Source of the DNA: Podarcis liolepis
Lineage: Eukaryota
Direction: 5' to 3' (one strand)
Assembly (NCBI GenBank): GCA_965112155.1
Contig: OZ218100.1
DNA: 64,000 bases
Part shown: positions 59,278 to 64,000 of the stretch, piece by piece
How the letters are laid out: the number at the start of each line of letters is the position of its first letter
How positions within the stretch are numbered: the first letter of the stretch is position 1
Translations under genes and position numbers: made by a program
Notes under the pieces: model-generated
Databases searched by the model: none
The model's input: the letters and a program-made list of their open reading frames with translations, nothing else
What the model was told of the DNA's origin: nothing

Positions 59278-61510
59278 GTATAGAGGATTTCACTGGCAGT
59301 TGACTCTCTGATGAACAGAGGCCAAAATTCTTTCAGATACCCAGACAATCAACACATGCGCCCATGCTACACTGAATTTCTATCCCTTATTTGAAATGTC
59401 TTTGCATAATGTTATTAATACAGAATTTCACTGTGGTGGCTGCTGTCAGGCAATAGCTCTGTCTTACAATGCTACTAATTTGTCTTTTAATGCTGGTGAA
59501 ATGCCATATGCTATGACAATAGGGGAGTTCAGATAAACATTAAAAGAACATGTGAGGAGCTTGTGGACAAGATAGCCCTGATGTCAACACACCCAGTGGC
59601 TCCATCCTTACCACCCACATGTCCTACATGTGTGAGAAGAAGCTCTCTGTGTGCAACCAGTATATGCATGCAGAGAGCCTACACACATGGCGATCCAAAT
59701 TGGCCCAGGATTTTACTCCCAGATTATCCTTAATTAACTGCATGGCTGACATCCGCTATCGTGGGATCCGCTGTTCACCATGGCGGCAGCACCGGAAGTG
59801 ATTTCTATGAAGATTTGAACCCCATAATGGTGCTATTACGATTAGGAGAATAATTCCATCCTTCGGTCTGAAAAGTTATGGTTTAAAAATTAATTCACTT
59901 CGAACTAAGTGAAAAAGAAAGAGTACTTTAAAGGAAGGCCTTCTATCTAATTAAGTGGTCCTATTTCATTTCTGAAACAGCAATCATGATTTCATTAGGT
60001 GAAGAGTTAACTATCTCTTGAGTAGTGTGTGTGTTTTATGCTCAAGAGCATTTTGGCTTTAGATAACTGAAATACTAAGCCAGCCCATAAAGTGCCGCTG
60101 GAAAGCATTTTATACCCCTGAAAATGTGGCTGCAAAGCCAATTTAAATTCTCTGGAGTCTGTGGCTGCTCAGTATACATGTCACTGTTGTGAAGGGAGCA
60201 ATACATTATTCCAGTAGCTGCCAATTTGGAACACCCTAAGGAGGGTATAGTATATTATTCTGCTAGCTGTCGGTTGGGAATACCCCAGAGACAGAGAGGG
60301 TCTGCTTCAGATTGCGAATGAAGATACCATTTTTAAATGTTCCTTTACATTTTAAAAAAATTGATACCTTCACCTGCATTTTGAAGTGGTACAGTCCATT
60401 CTATTACCCCAGAATTTTACCACTGAATTCTGCTGCATAAACCAGGCTAGATAATTGTCCCTTAATGGTGGTTTCTCTGGACAATGATCAATTTCCTCCT
60501 CACCTCCACCTATCCCTGAATGCTAAAACAAAATTCTTCAACTTCCTAAACTTACTCGCTAAATGTTATGGTGTCATGTGACTCAGGGTTTCTCAGGGAC
60601 TGAGGCTGTGGATACAGAGGATACCTTCGACTTTGAGGAGGATTTCCCCTCAGAACCAGTCTTGGTTTTCCCTGTCTCCTCAGGTGTGACATCACCAGAG
60701 GAGCAGGTGATGCCTGCACTTCTCCAACCCTAAGAGGTTGCACTGCCTTTCTCAGACTCTAAGGGTGACAGCTCAGAGATCATAGAGAATCCTGGGCTGC
60801 TCTGAGCTGCCAGAGTCAATGGCTCCCAAACAAGATTCCAACCACCAGGGGTGAGGTTGGCTACTCAGTGGAAGCTGCAGTCCACTTAAGGCTAGATCTG
60901 ACTTTGCTGGTTGTTGGAGCAGCATTCAAGACCGTCTTGTCAAACTTCCAATCTATGTGATGTGGAGCTGTCCAAGGTCCTAACTGCCTTTGCCTTGACC
61001 CCTTATCTGCTTTTGCCTGATATTGCTTATCTGTACTTAACTGTCTCTGCTTTGTCTGACTTTGAATTGGCAGATTTCTGCTTGACCTCAGTGAAGGACC
61101 CTCAGTGAGAAACAGTGTGAACATCTCCCAGGGTGAGAAACTGGGAGAGAAAAGGAAAGCTCCCAGGCGAAAGCTCAGAGTGTCTGTCGTTTTCTGTGTG
61201 GGGCTGGGATTAAGAGCTACTTTGGACAGAGAGACAATTGTGAATTTGTGCACTATTTTTGTATTTTAGATACCTGGCTGATGATGTTCTCCTTCCTTTT
61301 CGTTTGTGCTGTTGCTGTTATGAGTATCTGTATTTTATCTTTTTTAAAAAAATCTATATTCCATTACATATTTTTTACGACAATTGTAACCATTTTGATT
61401 TTTATATTGTACAGATATTATGTTATGTATTGACATTTGTGTTCTGTGTTTTAAACTACCTTGTGCTCTTTCATCGAAGGGTGGTATATAAAATACACAT
61501 AATAACGGCG

Positions 61511-61511
<1 letters not shown>

Positions 61512-61540
<29 letters not shown>
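61512..61540. repeat. (TG)n microsatellite
   Basis: Direct reading. Confidence 0.9.
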
Positions 61541-61543
<3 letters not shown>

Positions 61544-62859
61544 AAACAATACTAATAATATCAACATCAATAGCAAAATAACAATAATATAGTATATATT
61601 TGAACTGGCTTCTCCCATCCTAGCATGACACCACACCACACTGATGCTATGTATGGGTTGTGCCCATAATCAATCTTAAATGCATAAAAACATTGTGTGA
61701 GTTAGCTAAGCTCATATTTTTCCATCTCCACTGTGGTACTAAATCCGTTTTCTCTCAAAAAAAAATCTCTTCGGCTCTGTACAGGCACCACACAGGTGTC
61801 TTAACATATTTTCCATGTATAATAAAAATGTGAACAGACTGAGTTTCTCTTCTGCTGTCAACACAGCACTGTGCATTCTGTGTTAATGTCCAAAACACTT
61901 CCTCCGCAGCACCACCCCGTGATTCTCTTTCAGGAACATGACATGAAAACATCATGTCTGCATGACATGAAAACATCACAAGTCTGTACATACTCCCTGG
62001 ATGGGATTGAAAGGATTTATTTAGCTATGTTTTAAAGCTTCCGTTTGGTGCTTCAGACAATTGTAGATGGAAGATTATATTCAGTGTAAGAGGCACCAAA
62101 GGCCACTGGGAGGCTCCTAGGAAGAACCTTGTGGCAAGGGGGTGGCCAGCCTGGCCCCATCCGCTGGCCACAGAAGGAGCTTGCTTTCTCCTCCATGCCA
62201 GAAAGAACACTCCGCTCCAACTTCCAGTCTGCTTTAGTATTGCAGAAGCAAAATGAGAGGACGTTCTGGCCCCATCCATTGAGAGCCATCAACTGCTATT
62301 CAAGCAAGAACACTGGCCAGCGAAGATCAACTATAAATTGATGACTATAAACAGGTGACTATAAATGCCTGGTTATGGCCCACTGCTTCAGTCTGGCCTT
62401 AAGGAGTCGATGTTCCATTTCTCTGCTTTTCCATCCACTTCTTTTCCCTTGTGGGTCTTTGTGTGCCTGATGGCAGTGCTCCTCTACTCTTTTAAATTGA
62501 TGCAAGCTGCTTTGGGAGAGAATAATTGCCTGAAAAAGAGGTGGGTAGGTTAAAAATATGGTTAAATAAATAAGCAAACTGTTTTGAATGCCACTGAATC
62601 AGCGAGTCTATGAGTGAACGTCAAACAATAGAGATTAAATGTGATATGAGAGGATACTATTTTGTTGAATTGCTGCTGGGAAGAAAACGACCTAAACTGC
62701 TATAGTTAATGCAAGAAATGTATGGTCTAATGAAGCCCCAGTATAAAGTATACATTAATATTCCTTTTAGGTAGTCAAATGTCATGAGGGCCAATGTCAG
62801 TGAGTAAAACAGGATACTGCCTCATAGCAGATCAGCCGCAAGGGAAAAAAGTGGGGGGT

Positions 62860-63070
62860 GATCATAAAACTATACATGAATTTTTCATGTACAGTTAGAT
62901 AGTTTGTTATTTTAAGTTCTTCTAGCTTTCTTTGTATTCCCATAATATCTGATTTAATCTTAACAGGTAAATTTTAAAAGCTAGGGTTCAATTTCTCAAA
63001 TAGTCATGAAGAGAGGTAACAGCCCTGCAAAATACCAAGAGAAAGATGAAATTACTAAAAACAAAACCCC
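62860..63070 (-). mobile_element. Highly decayed L1/Tx1-like RT fragment
   Basis: Minus strand reads roughly GILQGCYLSS*LF..IEPL (frameshifted), resembling RGxRQGCPLSPLLFxxxIEPL. Confidence 0.4.
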
Positions 63071-64000
63071 ACTATTTCTTTAAATATTGGCTTAAAAAAT
63101 AAATAAAACCTCTCCAAAAATACTGGAGAATTCTCAAAAACAAACAAACATAGGTACAGTACATTTTCCTCAGTGCATGGAAATGACACACAGTTTTCTC
63201 CAATAATAAGTGATTTGCAATTTGAAAAGTGTAGCTATTTCAGTTGTATTCATGAGGCAATTAACGTATTAATGACCACTAAACAAAATGAACCAAGGAA
63301 GCACAGGGTTCTCTCCCGCTTTTTCATACTGTGAACTTTCTGAAGGCTCATATTTTAAATGCATATCTAAAACACATTGATTTAATCAAAACTTTAATTT
63401 ATTTTCCAAACTGGGCTACCAGGTTACAAATAGAGCAGCTCTGCTTTATTTGTTAGGCTGCTCAAGATTGAATGAGGCGCCTTAGACTTTCGCAACCTCA
63501 TTTTTCAAAAATAATGGGAGTACTGGATGGTCTGCACTTGAATGTCTGATATAATTTACTGTCACGGCCTTGGAAAGGGGATCTTAACAGAGCAGCCCCT
63601 GGGTGGCAACATGTGGACAGATGTGTCACCCACCAACACAAACCCACGAGCCTGTCTTGATTGTGATGACTGCAGATTACCAAGAATTTATTTAGCAAGA
63701 TTAGTTAAAGAAAGGAATATGACTTTGATTTCTCAGCAGATGGGATATATCATTTAGGAAATGCTGGATCCTTGCTTTCTTTAGCGGACTTGCTTTGTGC
63801 TGTGTGATAGGATACAGGGAGGACAGAAGTATCTCTGCACTAGTAGTGGCAGGCCATTAGTGGCCTGTTTTGGCTTTGACTTGGGGAGACTGATCTCCTT
63901 TGCTGAGTTGGTCAGGTTAAGAGTATAAAAAGAGTCCTGCTGGATCAGACCAGTGTCTCATTTAGTTTGGCCAACCAGATGCCTATGGGAATCCCACAAT

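Noticed and set aside
60573-61110. Possible Gypsy-type LTR beginning TGTCATG (also similar-looking 9315-9690)
   Set aside because: Could not define termini or TSD.
61934-61985. ~24-bp tandem duplication CATGACATGAAAACATCA
   Set aside because: Two-copy local duplication with no spacer structure or other sign of function.
57000-64000. GRM1 5' exons, expected on this side by mammalian synteny
   Set aside because: No GRM1-like coding sequence recognisable in the window.

Overview
Vertebrate (squamate, probably lacertid lizard, inferred from Sauria SINE, Squam3-like SINE, CR1, L2 and RTE content) genomic DNA. The main feature is a complete SHPRH gene (SNF2 ATPase / H15 / PHD / RING E3 ligase) on the minus strand: a non-coding first exon in a CpG-island promoter (~56.6-56.95 kb) and 29 coding exons (52869 to 17053) that I joined by hand into an uninterrupted 5076-nt CDS (1691 aa). 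Downstream, also on the minus strand, two spliced exons (2624-2718, 1213-1317) encode the start of a zona pellucida (ZP-N) domain from a second gene, which presumably continues off the left edge. The rest is intronic or intergenic DNA with MITEs, SINEs, LINE fragments and a solo LTR. Most notable: (1) the ZP-domain gene where mammals have SHPRH followed by FBXO30; (2) the 440-nt exon 26-29 circSHPRH geometry is kept with the same-position stop but without the human start codon; (3) a sense-oriented solo LTR nested in CR1 in intron 1, with TATA, polyA and a splice donor; (4) a strong-Kozak uORF in exon 1; (5) a GC-AG intron ending in a NAGNAG acceptor.
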